Shown here: positions 11,466-24,649 of the stretch, in pieces
How the letters are laid out: every line of letters begins with the position of its first letter
Position numbering within the stretch: position 1 is the stretch's first letter
Origin: Welwitschia mirabilis
Taxonomy: Eukaryota
Direction of reading: 5' to 3'
DNA: 45,392 bases
Assembly: GCA_051453625.1 (NCBI GenBank)
Contig: JBOZIK010000001.1
Span: 30,610,726 to 30,656,117, forward strand
Made by a program: the position numbers and the translations under genes
Notes under the pieces: model-generated
Seen by the model: the letters and a program-made list of their open reading frames with translations, nothing else
Told to the model about the DNA's origin: nothing
Database searches by the model: none

Positions 11466-14056
11466 TGTAGATTCTCTTTTCTAGGATCGAAAGAGATAAT
11501 AACACTTACTTTTTAAGGTGAGATCCTAGACTTAGTTTAAAGTGTCACTAGAAATTAGGTACTGAAATGATTTCACTTAAAGTATAGAGTAATTAAGGAA
11601 CAAGGTTAGAGTAGTGAGTAATACCTAGTGGTTGTATCCTCATAAAATAAAAGTAAAAAAAATAAAATAAGATAAAAATAAAATGGTAAAGATATAAAGA
11701 AAAGAGGACTTCCTTAAGAAGGGATGTATTTTCTTGTTTGTCTTAGTATATTCCTATGCTGGGAAAAGATGTTGTAGGTCTTGGTTATGGAATTAGAAGG
11801 TCCTAATAGGTTGCCTCCCTAGGCTAAGTAGATGAGATAAGGCAAAGTTTGAATAGGAAGGTAGGATGCACTTGAAAGATGATCTTCCTTTGAGGGATCA
11901 ATGATATGGGTTATTCTTCACATAAAGAGATTGTTAGAAATAAAGTCCAATATTTATTATCTTTGAGACACTTAGTAAATGCAAGTCTTAAGATGTAAAG
12001 AAGAAACTATCTTTATTATGAAATTTAATCAAAACTCTATCTTTTCCTTCTTCTATTTGGAAGATAACTACATAGTCTTTCCATTTTATAGGACAAGAAG
12101 AAGGAGCTATAACATTACATTAAAAAAAATGAAAAGATAAACCATAAATGTATGGAAGAAAGACATGCAGAGAAGGAGAAACTTATACATATGTTTTAAC
12201 ATCTTTCTCTAGTAAGGAGATGTATCTACTTGCTAACCTAAAGTGGGAGCTATTGTAAAGTCAAGGTGGACTATCTATGAAGCAGATAAAAGGAGAGGAG
12301 CATTTATAGTTTTTAAAGAAATCATTAGGCCAAATGGAACATCAAGAATTAAGAAATAATGTCAAGAGTATCCCCTAAATGTGAGAACCTAAAAGTGGAA
12401 GAAAAAGAAAAAGGTTCTCTACTTTGAGCTAAGAGGAAAGAAGAGGTAGTGACATAGAGGAATGGGAAGGAAGTGGAATGATAATATCCAAGTAGGGCCT
12501 ATTAGGTAACTATAGATTAGCCGTGACTTTACAACCTAACATGTAGAACTTATACTCATGAACCTTGGCATGGTTATCATCATCAACATGATGGTTATCA
12601 ATATGATTATGATCATTGACATTGTAGTAGTCATCAATAAGGTCATAGTCATTAAAATAGTGGTAGTGATCATGACTATAGTTATCACATTATCCTTAAT
12701 GATGTTAACAAAGATCATCCCACTAGAATAGTGGTCCACTTCCTAGGCATCAGACTAGTACTCATCTTATGGTGTAATTTCATAGCTAGGCTCACTTGAC
12801 TCTAGTGCATTGTAAAGATTTCATACAATCTTAGAACTATTTTGGACTCCAAATTACTAGATCATGATGGATAAAACCTTAAAAGTGGAAGATGAGATGG
12901 TAATAAATCTATAGTAAATATGGACTACTAAGCAAATAAAAATAAACTAATGAGGATAGATTCCCTAATATCAAGATGAAGTGAAGGATAAGAGGAAGTG
13001 AGAGGACTAAGTTTTAAGGGGTTTTAAAGCTAAGGAAGGAATTGAGGCTCTGGGAGCTTCCATGCCTAGGCATGAAAGACTAGATATAAAAAGGATGGGA
13101 TTTCATATCCAAGGCATACTAATATGTTGGAATTCAATTCTTATGATGTAAAACTATAGAGGTTATGGGAGTAGCAAAGGATAGGAAAAAGGAGGGGAAA
13201 AGTGAAGATGAAGAAGAAAGGAGAAGAGGATAAGCAAAGGGAAAAAGTATCATAAGATAGGAAAAAGTAAAAAAATAGAGAAACAGGAGAAGAGTAAGAG
13301 GTAAGAGAATAAGAAATGAGAGAAGAGATGGAGAGGAAGAGAAGATAAGATAAGAGAGACTAAGAAAAAGAAAAAAAAGAGGAGAGAAAAAGTAGAGAAA
13401 AGAGGAAAAGAATAGGAAAAGAGAGAAAGAGGTAAAACATAGAGAGAGAAGAAAAGGAGAAAAGTAAAAGAAGAGGAGAGTAAAGAGAAGGAAGAAATAG
13501 AAAGAAGAGAGAGAAGAAAAAAGGAAGAAAAGAAAATAGCGAAAGAGTTAAATATATTACCTTGGATGCTAAAGTTGAAGGTTTCTTGTCACTTAATGTA
13601 GGAGGTCATATGGCTTGAACTTGAGTTGTTTGATATCCTTACCTAAGAGTTGACACTACTAAGACTTTATTAAAATAACAAGTAAAGAAAGACCTTAATT
13701 TTAGTACTAAGAGGTAAAGAGATAATCATCAAAGGAAAGCTAGAGTCTTAAGAGGTCTTTAGGGATATTGTAAAGGAGGAAGATACTAAAAGGGATAGGA
13801 TACCTATGCCTTAAGCATGGAAGAGCTTATGTTTCACATCATGAACATAGAATCTAAGGATGATCTTAGCCAAAATGAGGGGAGGGAAGGTGAAAAGAGG
13901 AAAAATAGGAAAGGAAAAAAAGGGATAACATAGGAAATAGAATGAAAAAAACAAGAAAGAACAAAAAAGAACTAAAATGAAGAAGGAACAAGGAAGAGAA
14001 AGTAGGTGATCAAAAGTAAAGGGGTTTCTAAGTATCAGGGGTCTTATTTGGATACA
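11466..14056 (-). repeat. 3' LTR of the Tat-type element (~2.6 kb)
   Basis: Colinear with 35186-38261 from tgtagatt-tcttt-ctag to ttgga(a)taca. Homology stops abruptly at both ends. Confidence 0.82.
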
Positions 14057-14072
14057 CAGCTTGCCCACCTCT
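14057..14072 (-). other. Polypurine tract of the Tat-type element
   Basis: Minus strand reads agaggtgggcaagctg immediately before the LTR start tgtatccaa. Confidence 0.65.
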
Positions 14073-14499
14073 AGACATCCATAACATTGGAGGTGATGTA
14101 GAGTACTAGTAAAAAGGTAAATACAAATTGAAAGGGTAGGTATTAACTAGGCTTAGGTTAACAATGGATAAGAAAATAAAATTGAGGATAAACACATTTT
14201 TCAATGATAGATCCATTAAAGAATGTGGAAACCCTTAGTTAATGATTGTAGAAAGGAGAAAGATCCATTATACAAATCACTCTTGGCAGTTTTACTTGGA
14301 GTTTAAACTTGATAATCATGTGACTTTGTCTTACTATCATTATGGCTAGCTAGCTGAGAAAACCTACTTCAAGGGTGGGATTCTCTTCCTAAACTATAAA
14401 AGGGGTAGCTTTAATAACTTTCTTTATCATGATGGATGAGTGAATCTCTTATTTCTCTACTTTTGTAGTCTTACTTTCCTTCTTATCCTTCTATAGTAG

Positions 14500-15701
14500 A
14501 AAATAATGAAGCTTTACCATTCCTTTTCTCTAATAGGAATGATTCCCACAATTTTACATTCATATCATTGGGTGATAGGTTTTTGTCTAGGAAGGAATGA
14601 TCAACATAAGTATGATATTATTAGCTACCTATTCCTCTTATGTTTAGTAAGGGATAGTGAAGAATTAGGAAAGAACCTAAGGATATTAGACCTATATGAA
14701 CTTATTTACTTTCCTATATGTAAAGTTTTTCCTCATCAAATATAAGATCTCATATATAATTGGAACTTGATCCAAAGGAAGAGTTGGTTCCTAGATATAT
14801 ATGTTGAATAGACTTTAAAGCCACTACACATAAGAATCTTAATGTTTATGGAAGATATCAATCAGATCTTCTATTTTCCTTCTCATAACCAAGTCAATGT
14901 GCATCCACTTTAGCTATCGAGGAGTAAAAACTTAATGACACTTTTGAAAAAGTAAAAGCATCCTACGTCCTGATAAGGGGATCTTGGTATATATACTCTA
15001 GGAACCTATATAATTAATGTATATGTTTTTTTACTCATGTCTACTATTACTAAATAAGAGAACTCACATTTCCCAAGTGATGTTTAAGATAACATGTAAT
15101 ATGATAACCCATGAAACATGCTTTACATGGATAGAATATGTACAAGATAAAGTGGTAGCTATTATAATTCATTATTAGAAGAATAAAAATTTATGATGTA
15201 TGGATTTCTTCTATGTTTAGCTAATGCAGTTATGGTTAGCTAGTACACTAGTTCATTAGCATGTTGTGGCTCTCCCTAAGGATGAAGAGGCTACCTTATA
15301 AAAGAAATTATTTTCAGGTATAGACTTTATACTAAAGTGGCTTAAATGAAAAAGTTTTACATTAGGATAAAGAACTAGAAAAAGAAGTGGATAATGATGA
15401 AGAAGAGAATGGAAGAGTATTAAAGGCCTTCTTGAAAAAAGAGAAGGAGGACATATTTGCTAAAACTATTCTTCAAAGGGAAAGGAGAAGGCAACGTACA
15501 GAAGCTTAGATGAAAATGATCTAAAACTTCTCAAAGAACTAATAGGTATGGTATTATCTCTTATTGTGTTATGCTTAGACTTCTTTATTTGATGATGTTC
15601 CTTCATTCTATAGGTGGGCAAGACCTAGATCCTCTTCTTAAAAGTGAGACATATGCTTTAGGGACTTCTCTAATTTAGGTAGTAAGGGAAAGATAGTGCT
15701 A
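14500..15701 (+). pseudogene. Antisense extra-ORF remnant in the Tat 3' region (probably continues at 28119-28680)
   Basis: Plus-strand coding-like pieces such as ETCFTWIEYVQDKV...FMMYGFLLCLA (~15113-15225), then Glu/Lys-rich sequence on both sides of the nested insertion. Many stops. Confidence 0.4.
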
Positions 15702-17134
15702 TGATTAAAGCATAGAATTGGTCTAAATTTAAAATAAGTGTAATACTTAGTATCATTCTTTCATAAGGATGCAGGAGGTTAATTAATCAAAAGATATAAG
15801 ATTATTCTACTTGTAATGAAAACTCAGACAAAATAAAAGTAGAGTTTAAGAGAAAGAAAGTGATATTTTATTAGAAATGCAAGGGAACAAAAATACTCCA
15901 AGGATCCAGTAATTCATCTAGCTCTCCTCCTTTGCTCTAAAGATTCCTGTATATAAAACATGCACTAAATCATCAAATCATTAAGCTTGGCATGAAGGCA
16001 TAATCTCATTCATTACATAAGTATTGATGAGTTATCAAGTCCTCTTAATACTTCATAGTTCTTTATAAGCATATGAAATTAAGTGAATAAAATTTGTCAA
16101 ACAATAGAACTATGAATCACAAAAGTAACTTTAAATAACTCACACAATTTCATAAAACTTAATAATTAAATAATATTTATCTAAACATTGCGAATACTAT
16201 TTTACTATGCATTAATAATAAAAGAATGAAAACTATTTTAAGAACTAGTCATACTTAAACATTGCTAATTCTAATTAAAATTATGCATTAGCAATTAAAG
16301 GATTCAAATCAACTATTTGTTCAAATTAAAAGAAATACATTACATTAGTGAAGAGGGAGAATAAGGATAACTCCTTAACTAGCCTTGAGCATTCTACTCA
16401 CAAGAAATATATTAGAGTATCATGATGTTCAAGCCTCCAAGTCTTTCCCCATGATAAGCCAATCAAAGATGAATACAATAAAGGATTAAAGGCCCTTTTA
16501 TAGGCATTGATGAAAGTGAGTAATGGTTACAAGATCTTGGCTTATATCATTAAGAAGAAAAGGAGTGATTACAAGTTATTGGCTTGTAGCATTAGGAAGA
16601 TTATATCACTTAATGTTAGGTAGATAAGATCCTGAATTATAGCATTTGGTATAGATTGTCTTGTAGCATTGGGTAGATAAGATTCTGTCATCTAGCATTA
16701 GATAGAATCTTCATTATTTAGCATTTGGAGGAGCTATTCTTGTGGTATTTGGTGGAGATCTTTATATAGTATTAGGTAGAATCTTCATCATGATCAATTA
16801 ATACATGTCCTTTGGAGTTAGATGCTTCTATCAATAGGTGCTATTACCATATGTATCTAGTGCCATCTTCACATACCTTTGGCACATGTCTTCCAATGCT
16901 ACTACTATATGTCACCACCTCATGTCTCCTTTGCCACCATTATTTTATGTGGAATTGTATCCATCTTCTATTATCTATTCCAAAACATGGCTAAAGAACT
17001 ACAATTATCATGGAGAAAAACATAATATTAAATTTTATTTTAAAAATAATAAAATACATATTCTATTATTAAAATAATAAAATTAATATTGGCCTAAAAC
17101 ACCTGATATAAATGTTAATTTTTACATGTTAGCA
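15702..17134 (-). repeat. Athila-like LTR A (3' LTR), followed by PPT-like ctagctaggaggtg
   Basis: tgattaaagcat...tttacatgttagca; aligns end to end with 26657-28118. Confidence 0.85.
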
Positions 17135-19039
17135 CACCTCCTAGCTAGTCGTATACTAGTACCTTAGCACAAAGTCAATAATAAAATGGTTAATCATGGA
17201 AAAATTATTTATGTCAAAAGTGCTTCAAGTATGTAAATGATATAATTTTAAAAACTTTTATGACCAATTTTCTATGATTAATGCATTAAAGCAAAAATTT
17301 TAGTGAAATTTAAGATTCCCTAACCCCTAACGGAAACTAAACTTTATCCTCAAAGTTATAAAAGATGGAAAATTTATATAAGGTTTTGGAGAATAAGTTA
17401 ATTACATGGCTAGCAAATGATGATGATGAATGTATTTAGGAAAACAACACTATGATCAATGGAAAATAAAATAAAATAGAAAATCTAATAAAAATCCATC
17501 AATACACAAATTTTAAAAGATAAAACATCTAATTTAGTAGCCACATTTATTAAAAACTTCATAACTTTATTCTAATTTAAATGTGTTACATTATTAAACA
17601 AATAAGATATCCTTTAAGTAAACCTACAAGTTATTAAAAAATAGTTAATCAAATTCTTAAGTAGATAAGTTAAGAATATGTAAACATAAAAAGCATCTCC
17701 TAATTCCACCTTTTTCATTCCAATTTACCTTTTTTATAATCATGCTTTATGTCTTATTTTAAGCATTTTAATTTAACTGGGAATTTAGTGTTATGACATC
17801 TTTTTTTAATAGAATTAAGCATGTTGATTTATAAAGGAGTTTCTGCTATATTATCAATCATTGTTTATAACTTTGATATAGTTGAACATGTCATCAATTA
17901 AATCATTAGAGCTACACTACCCATAAGCATCCATAGTACTGATGTAGTCAACTAAACCCAATTTTAACTAATCATAAAATAATGTGCTTTAAGAGAAGAG
18001 ATATTTTTATTTTATTTTTAATCATCCTTTTCATATTCAATAAATTTTTATGCGCATAAGGTTTTATTAGCTCATTAGCCTAATTAAAACATACCTTATC
18101 CCTATAAAATGCTTGTAAAAACATTAACTTAACATGGAAGTAGATTCCACCTTAATTCAACCGTATTTTCTAATTAGAAGACCTTAAGTAAAACTAAACC
18201 TTAATAAGTTAATTCGAAAATGAGAAAAACTTCTTCTTAAAATACTATAGGTAAACTTAAATTTTACATAGTTTGAAATAATAGTGTGATAACTTACTAA
18301 TAGTTTATTCACTTAGGACCATTAACTAGGATGATCTAACCTTGAGAACTCATAGATGAATGGAAGGGAAGGGTAGGTGGTGGAGCTTATTAGGTAGAAC
18401 AATAAAAATAAAAGGGATGGATGATTAGTTTTAAGATGATGATGATTGATTCTATTCGATGGATGGTATTTGGAATTGCCTACCTAAAAATGTTTAAGAG
18501 GGTAATTGTACATGTGAAAGTGCTTAAGCGGTTTGAGATGTGAAAGGACATCAAACACAAAATTTTTAAGCATTTTTAATTTTTTAAAACTAGAATTTAT
18601 TATAAAGGGAAAATATACACTAAAATAAGAATCTAATTTAAATGCATGCACTAAAACGAAAAATTTTTTAAGGCCTTTTCCAAGGTATTGCAACTTTGAA
18701 GGTTCAAAATCATGAATGCCAAGATTAATAATGGGTTAAAATAACTTAAAGCATTTAAAAATGAGATAGAATCCTTTTAAATGCTTAATCATGAATCTAA
18801 AAATTTAGGAAGAACATTATCACTAGCATTAGTACATTCAAAATCATCATTTTTCCAACCCTTGTCCTATTTTTATTTACTCAACAACTCATACAAGACA
18901 TCATTTTTGGTTGAAGAAAAAGGTAAGTGAAAATCATAATAGACAAATGATTATCAAGAAAGATATCAGAAGATGGTTCTAGAAGTGTGGTTTGTCTTCA
19001 TCATAAAGGTTTAATTCTTAATTATAAGGTAAAAATAAG

Positions 19040-19900
19040 AATATCATTATTGGTTCATGGGGTTATTAAGAAAAAGAGTTTTCAAGGGATGGATCCTGAA
19101 AAGGCTCTTTGTTAATGTTCTTCTCTTCATTAAGGTCCTCAGGGGATTCTTCCTTATAAGGTTATACATGTGACATTGGTTAAGCTTTAAGAATAGGTTT
19201 AATTTCACTATAGTCCATGTCCATAATTGATCCATTCTCTATTATGTAGCATTTAATCAATTCTTCTTCCTCAAATATTTGCTTACTTACTACAGATTGA
19301 TCATTATCATTTGAAGTGTTTGATCCTTCTTCTAAGTATAGTCTATGTTTATGCAATTTTTTACTCTCTAAATAATGCCTAAACTTAAGGTCCTCTTAGA
19401 TTTCATCATTAGTTTCTTAGTTTTCTTTCTCATTCCTAAAGAATACGATTTGTGTATTGTTGATTTTAGTTTTGCTAATCCCTTTAAAGTTTTTTAAGCT
19501 TATACGTTCATGAAATGTAGAAAAGTTTTTTCTTTCAAAGTATCAATGATTTTAGTAGTAATTTGGATTAACTATTAGATACCTTGCTTAAGTATTTAGT
19601 TTGTTTGTTCTTGGGCTTTCATGAATCTCATAAGGGTATCTTCCACAAAATTTGAAGAGGGTTGTTAAGCATTGAAAGAAGATTTAGAACTACCTTATAA
19701 AACTTTTTGAAAGGTATTCTTAAGGGAAGATGAAGTGATTTATTGGTTGTAAGTTGACAGGTAATGATCAAATGATGAAGACTATGAGAATGATGATGAA
19801 TGGTGAGGGTTAAAAAATGATGAAGAATATGAGAATATGAAGAATATGAGAATGACAATGAAGGATCATGAAGGATAAGGCAGGAAGTAAGATCAAATTC
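19040..19900 (-). pseudogene. Decayed Athila-type gag C-terminal fragment
   Basis: SNFVEDTLMRFMKAQEQTN*ILKQ (~19585-19657) after a Pro/Ser/His-rich stretch. Homologous sequence at ~25140-25520. Confidence 0.45.
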
Positions 19901-20853
19901 TATTGGTTTATGTTAGGTATTTTCAAATTCAAAGCTATAAGGAGCTTTATCTATGCATGAAGAGGGTTGAGAATACTCTTCAAAGATCTATTTGTTATAA
20001 AAAGGACCTAGGGCTTAGAAGCTAGTATGAGTTACATTGAAGGCAATTCTGTAGAATATTTTTTGATTTAATAAATCTCCTATAGTTTGTTTAGATTAAT
20101 CATAATTATAAAAATTGTAAGAATAAATAGTTTGATGATTAGAAGCTATTTGAAATGGATTCAAGACCCGAATCAAGATTTAAGTTCAAGAAAATAGGTG
20201 ATGGTTTTTAGCTAAATGTTTATGTTTTCTGGGTTTTGTAAAGTAAGGTTAGAAAAAACATTAATAGAAACTTGAAAACATCTAAAACTTAAGTTTTTAA
20301 AACCTAGAAAATAAATTTTTTTAATTTTTCTTAAAACTTTTATAGAAATAAAAACTGAGAAAACTGAGAAATGCATAGAGAATTTATAGAAATCAAAAAA
20401 ACAAATAAAACAAACAAATTATTAAGAGTTTTATTTAGTTAAAAACCATAATATTGGATTCAGTTACACCTAGAGAAAATTCATTGGACTTACAACTCAA
20501 AGATATCTGATAAAAAATTAAAGTCTTCGATGTTTGAAAGATAACCAAACTTAACAACCTAGACCAGTTTAAGTATCACTAAAAATGGACTAGTACCTAC
20601 CACTAGAAGAAAAGGAAAATAATACTAAAGGAAAAATAAAAAGAACTAATTTGGGTATCACTAGATGAAGGACTAGTATCAACCACTAGAAAGCACATAA
20701 AAGAGAAAGGAAAATGGACTAGTTTGATATCACTAGAGAGGACTCATATACACTATTGTAAAAATAAAATCTAACTTAAAATTACAATAATAACAATCAT
20801 ACACTCTTAAAAAATTATTGTTCCAATATATCCCCAATAATGATACTAAAATT

Positions 20854-22173
20854 TATTAATTGTAATATAATTTCTAGATTTAAACTAAGTAAAACACTTA
20901 TTATCATTCTTTCATAGGGATGTAGGAGGTAAATTAATCAAAAGATACATGATTATTCTATCTTGCAATGAAAAACCAAATAAAAGAAAAATCCGATTTT
21001 GAGAAAGAGAAAGTAACTTCAGTTAGCAATGTAAGGGAATGGAAGTACTCCAAGGATCCATCAATTATCCAACTCTCATCCTTTGCTCCAACGATTCTTA
21101 TATCATAAAATACACTTACAATCATCCAGTCACTAAAGATTTACATGGAGGCATAATCTCATTTACCACAGGAGTGTTGATGAGTTATTAATTCCTCTGA
21201 ATACTTTATAACTCTTTATAAGCATGGAAAGTATGAATTTAAGTGTACAAGATCATCAAACAATAGGAACTATAAATCACAAAAGTATGTTAAATAACTC
21301 ATACAATTTAAAAGAACTTGATAATTAAATAATCTTTACCTATATATTGCTAATACCATTTTACTATGCATTAATAGTAAAAGAATAAAACCTACTTTAA
21401 GAACTAGTCCTACCTAAACATTACTAATACCAATGAAAATTATGCATTAATAATTAAAGGGATTAAACTAATTCATGTATTAAACTTGAAAGAAATATAT
21501 ATTACATCAATGAAGGATGAGAAGAAGAAGAACTCCTCATCTATCCATGGGTTATTTCACCTCCAAAAAGAGTGTTAAAGAACCATGATACCCTATCATT
21601 CAAGTCTTCCCCATGATAAGCCAACCAAAAGATGAATATAATAAAGGGTTTAAGTCCTTTTTATAGGGAGAGATGGGAGTGAGAGATGGTTATATATTCT
21701 TAGCTTATAAAGTTAGGTTGAATATTAATTATTTAGTATTATGTAGATAAGATTTTGTCTTATAGCATTTAGTGAAGATTATCTTATAATGTTAGGTAGA
21801 TCAGATTCTATTCTTTAGTATTAGGTAGAATTTTCATAATTTAGTATTTGGTGAAGGTTGTCTTATAATATTTGGTGGAGATTGTCAGATAGCTCTAATG
21901 CCACCTTCACATCCCTTTGCCACATATCTTCAAATGCTTTTACTAGATGTCATCATCTCATATATCCATTGCCACCATGATTTTGTGCAAAATTGTTTTC
22001 ATCTTAACATGGCTAATTACCTCTAATTACTATGGATAAAAACATAATATTAAATTTTATTTTAAAAATAATGTAGGACATATTTTATGATTAAAAAAAT
22101 TGAATTAATGTCTTCATTTACTATAAATTGTCTTGAAACACTTAATATAAATGTCAACTTTTATATGTTAATA
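20854..22173 (-). repeat. Athila-like LTR B (more divergent subfamily), preceded by decayed PBS at 20831-20848
   Basis: Aligns with LTRs A and C but lacks a block they share. tccccaataatgatacta is a transition-decayed tccccggcaacggcgcca. Confidence 0.8.
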
Positions 22174-24229
22174 GTTACTGATTTAAGAGGGAAAAAATAA
22201 ATTTATTTAAACAAGTACATAAAGATTTTGATATACAAATCTAAGAAATATTACTTGATAAAATTTAATATGAATTTCTAAGTTAATTAGTCTATTTATA
22301 TAAAATAAATTTTAAATAATAGAAATTTATGTTGAACATGATTAAGTAAAGCTCAAAAAATTCAACAAGTTTTTGGATTAACATGAAGGACTATGTAGTG
22401 TAAGTAGGATAAAGAATCAAATAATCCATTCTAATAGGAAAATTCTAATGAATATATGAGAAATAATGCAACCATCAAAATTAATGAATAATTGACACCA
22501 AAACATGTACATCCAACTGTTATAATGATCCTCCTAATTAGTTTGCTAACATATTCCCTTAGTAACACCATCAACCAAGCATGTAAAGTGATCCTTTAAG
22601 TATCTCTCTTATGTTGGTTTAATCCAAATGAGAGGGATAATCTCAATAGAATAAATATTATAAGAAGATTATGTTATGGCCTAACAATACTTAATTATGC
22701 ATAAATTTTTTTAATTAAAAAAGAACATAGGAATAGAATAAGCACAGGAAACCTAATTGAAAAATGTGACCAGAGGCTTTTACGTGATGAATAGCGATGA
22801 AGATTTGATGTGAGTCCTAAGATATAAGATCATAGCTAAATGATTTAAGCTTCAAGGTTTAAGCTTCACACTCAAAATAAAGAGGATGAGGAGAGGACAA
22901 AAGAAGATGTAAGCATGAGAAGAGAATTTAGTAGCATGCACTTATCAAAAAATAAAAGTTGATTTTGAAGAGAAGGAGGCATTCTATTATAAGTAAATGA
23001 TAGTTCATAACTACTTCATTTAATTAGTTAAAAATCACACACACCATTTGATCCATAAGGTAATCATGATCACATTAAATTATATGATATTGATCACATT
23101 AAATTAGATAAAATTAGTTACATTGAATTAGATAATATTAGTTCATGACAAATTGGTTAAGCTCGATTGATATGTTACATTGAGTATGAATGACCCAAAA
23201 CCATCATATTTATGACTCATCTAGCTAATTAGGATGAGTAATTCTCTTACTTTATTCAATAATGTTAATTACCTACATCATTTTCTCATGTTAGTTCCTT
23301 TTAATCATTCATAAAGTCATATTACCATATTTAATTAATTCAATACATGCATTAAATGATGTGTAATACCTATTTAAAAAATAGATCTTTTCCTATGTAC
23401 CAATTTTAAAATTGTTATGAGTCATGATGAGATAAATGTTTTTAATATATTCTATAGTTAAGTACTTTTACAAATATCAAGAAGGATAAGAGTCATGGTA
23501 GATTAAAATATGCTTGTTCTTGTTCATGGTTTATGGTTAAGAATGGATGTACTTATTCACAAATTCATTAATTTCATGATTTATCAAATCCTTCAACACA
23601 AAACATAAGAAATAACATGCCATAATAGAATGTAGTATACTCAATTTATATCCACTTCTTTTGTTAACTACATTAATCATTTAATTTTATCAAGTAATTT
23701 AACTTTTTTTAACTTGAATAAAATACATGAATAAATAAGTAATGTAAGAATGTAATATGCTATATATGTAAATATTTTATTATTATTTTATGCCTTCCTA
23801 TAAAATTATAGATTTAATAATTTTACAATCTAAGTCAAATGCCTTTACATAAATGGAATTATTTGATTTTAACATTTTTATAGATTTGTTTATTAATTTC
23901 TTTGATCATAAAAAGTTTCATTAAATAATTATCAAAAATATTAAAACTATGAAAATCACTCAAAGACTAAAATGAATTACTTAAAATATCATACAAGCAT
24001 ATAGAATTCAAAATTGACTATAATGCATATTCTTGGCATGATAAAAATATAAAACCTTATTAATTATAAAAATAAATATTAGTTTCTATGAATCCTCTAT
24101 TCAGAGACGAGTTTTATATTAAACTACAAAATCAAAAAGGATTATTTAATTTATAATTTTTTATGTCTCATATTTGAGTCATTAAAGTTTACAAAATATG
24201 GGATGTAACAAAACCTTTTTCTAATTTTG

Positions 24230-24649
24230 TAATAAAATGCTAAAATTCTAGATTGATGTTTGAATCTTTTAGTTATTCAAAAATAAAATGCTAATATTCT
24301 ATGTTGAACTATGGATCTTATATTAATTCTAGGATAGAGCACTTACATCCTATACTAATTTTTGAAATTTTTACTAATCTTAAAATTAGAATACTTGCAC
24401 TATATACTTATTTTTTAATCTGTTGCTAACTCTAGAATATAAAACTAGTATTATATGCTCATTCTATTAACTCTAAAATAGAAAATTATTCCTAGACCTC
24501 TAACTAATTCTAAAATAGAATGCTAGTTCTCTTATTAATTCTTAAACCTTCTCTTAACATTATAATAGAATAATTATTCTCTATACTTATTACTAGATAT
24601 TCCATTAACTTAAAATTAAAAAAATAGAGTTATATACTAATTATGCATT
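24230..24649. repeat. Degenerate ~50-bp minisatellite running into a gap
   Basis: Recurrent (t)aaaatagaatgcta.t.ttcta(t)actaatt(c)t units; aaatgcta at 24235 and 24286. Confidence 0.6.

Noticed and set aside
12536-12739. Met/Ile/Thr-rich hydrophobic ORF, echoed at 36243-36453 on both strands
   Set aside because: Low-complexity ATG/ATC triplet block inside the paired LTRs. The apparent conservation is explained by LTR duplication.
13811-14068. Phe/Leu/Ser-rich membrane-like ORFs (also 36722-36910 and 38061-38243)
   Set aside because: Translations of CT-rich strands of LTR purine tracts.
15702-22173. Simple intact element bounded by LTRs A and B
   Set aside because: Flanks tgcta/gttac do not match, and A is visibly closer to C than to B.
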